From NCBI GenBank assembly GCA_024230675.1, contig JAAERE010000079.1:1-55318 (forward strand): 55,318 nucleotides of DNA, in the 5' to 3' direction. The position numbers were made by a program, and so were the translations under genes. The DNA is from a bacterium (GTDB lineage Bacteria > Zixibacteria > MSB-5A5 > GN15 > FEB-12). Below, one piece after another: positions 52,952-55,318 of the stretch. The notes under the pieces are model-generated. The model was given only the letters and a program-made list of their open reading frames with translations. It did not search any database and was not told the origin of the DNA. Every line of letters begins with the position of its first letter. Positions within the stretch are counted from its first letter, which is position 1.

Positions 52952-55318
52952 CTATTTATCCCTGACTTCAGCATTAAATTTCTTGCGAAGTGCGGCCACT
53001 ATTTTTGACTGCATCTGGTCGACCTCTTCACTGGAGAGGCTGCGTTCCGTTGAGCGGTAGGTTATCGCTACGCCCACAGATTTTTTGCCTTTGGTAATCT
53101 GCTTGCCCGCATAGAGATCAAAAATAGTCGTGGATTCGGCCAGCTCACCGGCCATATCTTCTATCAGATCCACTATCTGGCCAACTCGAACCGACTCGTC
53201 TACGACCAGAGCGAGGTCGCGAGGAGCAGCCGGATAAACCGGCAGCGACTTGAACTCGGCGAGCTCACCGCTCTCTGCAAACAGCGGGGCCATTTTCAAC
53301 TGAGCCAAGTAAACGGGTTGCTTTACATCTGCTTTCTTGGCGATCCCGGGCGCGACCTGCCCTATACTCCCAACTACATCCCCGTTGAACTTCAGAGAAA
53401 ATGATAAGTCGGCTTGAAGGTAATTAACCTCGGCCGGATCGAATTCGAATCGGGACCAGTGGAAATGCCGGGTCAATCTATTCAACGCGCCCGAAAGATC
53501 GTAGAAATCAAGGGCTCGCGGCTTTTCGCGCCAGTTGGCGGAGGTCTGCCCCGTGACCGCCAATAGCAAACGGTCTTCTTCGATCCAGTCCCCGTTCGTA
53601 TCGGCCGGGAAATAGGCCTTGCCGATTTCGAAGAATCTCAGGTCAAGATTGCGATGCGAGAGATTGTGGCCGATCGAAGTCAGGGTCGTCTGAGCCAGAT
53701 CGTTGCGCATGATGTCGAGATCCTCAGACACCGGGCTGATAATCTTTATTTGCGGGAGGCCGGGGTTGAGCAACTCGGCCAGCCTACTGTCGGACAAACC
53801 GTGCCCCATGATCTCATCAAAGCCGGCTCCGGTCAGGACCGTGCGAACCTCGTCCTCAAACCGGTCGCCCTTGTGATCCGGAGTATAGAGAGAGCCTATG
53901 TTGTCGGTAGAGTCGGGGATGCTCTCGTATCCTTCAATGCGCGCGACCTCTTCTATCAGGTCTATTTCGCGCGAAATGTCGGGGCGGAAAGTAGGCACCG
54001 TAACCTTGATGGGGTCGTCGCCTGAGACTGCGAATTCAAGATCCTTGAAGACTTGTATCATTCGCTCAGTTGGCACTTCTACGCCCATGATATCGTTGCA
54101 GCGTTTCGGCCGCAATTCCACGGTCAAAGGTTCGATCTTGTGAGGGTAGCAGTCGACGATACCTTCCGAAACCTCTCCCCCGCACAATTCCGCGAACAAT
54201 TGGCAGACGCGAGCCGAGGCTTCCGGCAAATCGTTGGGGTCGACCCCTTTTTCAAAACGGGTCGAGGCTTCCGAGTCCATCCCCATCTGTTTGCGACTGC
54301 GGCGTATTACTCGCGGATTGAAGCAGGCCACCTCGAGGAGAATATTGCGGGTGTCATCGTCAACTTCGGAGTCGCTGCCCCCCATGATACCGGCTGCGGC
54401 TTTGGCCTCTTTGCCGTTGGTTATGAGCAGAACTTCTGGCGTCAACTTGTGCTCTTCGCCGTCGAGAGTTACCAATTCCTCTCCCTCGGTTGCTCGGCGG
54501 ACAAGAACTTCACGGGAGCCAAAACGGTCGAGGTCAAAGGCGTGAACCGGATGTCCCGTCTCCAGCATGACGTAGTTGGAGACGTCGACCACGTTCGAGA
54601 TCGGTCGCATGCCGCAGGCAATGAGCTTCTCCTGCATCCACCACGGAGAGGGTCCGATTTTAATGTTTCTTATAATTCGGGCGGTGAATCGGGGACAGGC
54701 CTCAGCGTCGTCGATCGTCACTCTAATAACATCGGAGGCTTTCTCGGAAGTCGTTTTAACTTCAACGTGAGGGTATTTGACTTTTGAGGAAGCCAGGGCG
54801 GCCAGATCGCGAGCGATGCCGACAGCCGACATCGAGTCGGCGCGGTTGGGGGTCAGCTCGAACCCCATAATGTAATCGTCGAGTTCAAGATGCTCGATCA
54901 GGGGCGTTCCGGGTACTGCTTCAGCGGCCAGAACGAGAATGCCGGTGTGATCCTCGGAGAGGCCCAACTCGTCCTCGGCACAGATCATCCCACGTGATTC
55001 GACACCTCTTATCTTAGCCTTTTTGATTTTGATACCGCCAGCCAGTTCAGCGCCTTCAAGCGCCACAGCAACCTTCTGTCCAACCGCGACATTGGGCGCT
55101 CCGCAGACGAGGTCGAGCGCTCCCGAACCGGTGGTCACGCTGGCCTTCCTTATCTTGTCGGCGCCGGCGATAGGCTGGACGTCGGTGACTTCGCCGACAA
55201 CAACCTTATCAAGGTACTGGCCCATGAAGTCAATTTCTTCACAGGCGGTGCCGCACAGCGTAAGCCGGTCGGCCATCTCTTCAACTGACCAGTCCAGTCC
55301 GGTCAGTGCTCTGAGCCA
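52952..55318 (-). CDS. pheT: Phenylalanine--tRNA ligase beta subunit PheT; 5' end runs off the window
   Basis: The frame stays open upstream of the track's Met at 55276, right to the window edge (WLRALTGLDWSVEEMADRLT...). That matches the canonical PheT N-terminus. tRNA-binding domain VVVGEVTDVQPIAGADKIRKASV. B3/4, B5 and FDX-ACB regions follow. Confidence 0.93.
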   Translation of the reverse strand, partial: WLRALTGLDWSVEEMADRLTLCGTACEEIDFMGQYLDKVVVGEVTDVQPIAGADKIRKASVTTGSGALDLVCGAPNVAVGQKVAVALEGAELAGGIKIKKAKIRGVESRGMICAEDELGLSEDHTGILVLAAEAVPGTPLIEHLELDDYIMGFELTPNRADSMSAVGIARDLAALASSKVKYPHVEVKTTSEKASDVIRVTIDDAEACPRFTARIIRNIKIGPSPWWMQEKLIACGMRPISNVVDVSNYVMLETGHPVHAFDLDRFGSREVLVRRATEGEELVTLDGEEHKLTPEVLLITNGKEAKAAAGIMGGSDSEVDDDTRNILLEVACFNPRVIRRSRKQMGMDSEASTRFEKGVDPNDLPEASARVCQLFAELCGGEVSEGIVDCYPHKIEPLTVELRPKRCNDIMGVEVPTERMIQVFKDLEFAVSGDDPIKVTVPTFRPDISREIDLIEEVARIEGYESIPDSTDNIGSLYTPDHKGDRFEDEVRTVLTGAGFDEIMGHGLSDSRLAELLNPGLPQIKIISPVSEDLDIMRNDLAQTTLTSIGHNLSHRNLDLRFFEIGKAYFPADTNGDWIEEDRLLLAVTGQTSANWREKPRALDFYDLSGALNRLTRHFHWSRFEFDPAEVNYLQADLSFSLKFNGDVVGSIGQVAPGIAKKADVKQPVYLAQLKMAPLFAESGELAEFKSLPVYPAAPRDLALVVDESVRVGQIVDLIEDMAGELAESTTIFDLYAGKQITKGKKSVGVAITYRSTERSLSSEEVDQMQSKIVAALRKKFNAEVRDK

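Noticed and set aside
10611-54787. Many other long shadow ORFs in the track. Examples: 10611..11393 (+), 11464..12213 (+), 12824..13585 (+), 21048..21962 (+), 30859..31596 (+), 34072..34839 (+), 39155..40015 (+), 44879..45523 (+), 48750..49391 (+), 50574..51224 (+), 51252..52181 (+), 54053..54787 (+). Numerous 60-190-aa ORFs also sit inside larger genes.
   Set aside because: Each is fully embedded in, or antisense to, a gene with clear family motifs. Their translations are Arg/Gly/Pro/Leu-rich, which is typical of off-frame GC-rich sequence, and none has a start context or recognisable domain.
1-55318. Search for mobile elements, prophage, defence systems (RM, TA, CRISPR-Cas, retrons, CBASS-like), rRNA/tRNA genes and biosynthetic clusters.
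   Set aside because: No transposase, integrase or recombinase motifs, no terminal inverted repeats and no spaced direct repeats were seen. No nuclease, methylase or reverse-transcriptase signatures and no tRNA-like structures were seen either. All gaps longer than 100 nt were read on both strands.

Overview
This is a 55.3-kb GC-rich bacterial chromosomal segment. I call 44 protein-coding genes: 41 on the minus strand and 3 on the plus strand (purD, purE and a TPR gene). I found no rRNA, tRNA, CRISPR array, transposase, integrase or recognisable phage or defence genes. All calls rest on reading the translations and motifs by eye, because no database search was possible.

The housekeeping backbone is as follows:
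- A Bacillus-type dnaK operon: hrcA-grpE-dnaK-dnaJ-prmA-rsmE.
- pilD, purD-purE, an HU-family gene, sppA and an MltD-like LysM transglycosylase.
- A tightly overlapping lapA-lapB-like / SPOR / mutS / mutL / miaA string.
- folD, ymdB-rny, a zapB-like gene with zapA, and pheT.

Two CDS run off the window edges, so the ORF track misses or truncates them. One is a sensor histidine kinase at 1..1754 (-). The other is pheT, whose 5' end extends past 55318. A 31-aa Lys/Arg-rich bS22-like ORF at 22197..22292 (-) is also below the track threshold.

The accessory content is all cell-envelope or surface related:
1. An orphan sigma-54-dependent response regulator, followed by an inverted-repeat cluster, a near-consensus -24/-12 element, and an operon of secreted proteins or lipoproteins. 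One of these carries a ~250-aa Ser/Lys/Thr tail.
2. A secreted protein built of three tandem modules, next to a T9SS-type CTD cargo with seven propeller-like repeats.
3. A co-directional ~14-kb stretch (34123..48489). It encodes a 1011-aa CTD-bearing surface protein that overlaps, by ATGA, a PorV/PorQ-like outer-membrane barrel fused to TPRs. Next comes a single-polypeptide RsbW-like kinase / TM sensor / HAMP / PP2C phosphatase, then a STAS protein with a long C-terminal extension, then a GGDEF cyclase. It ends with a four-gene polysaccharide export module (Wza-like, TPR, stand-alone BY-kinase, PEP-CTERM-type deacetylase).

This third stretch is my best candidate for an undescribed surface or biofilm control system.

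The T9SS-type CTDs and the bS22-like peptide hint at an uncultivated FCB-group-like lineage. That taxonomic assignment is only a guess.
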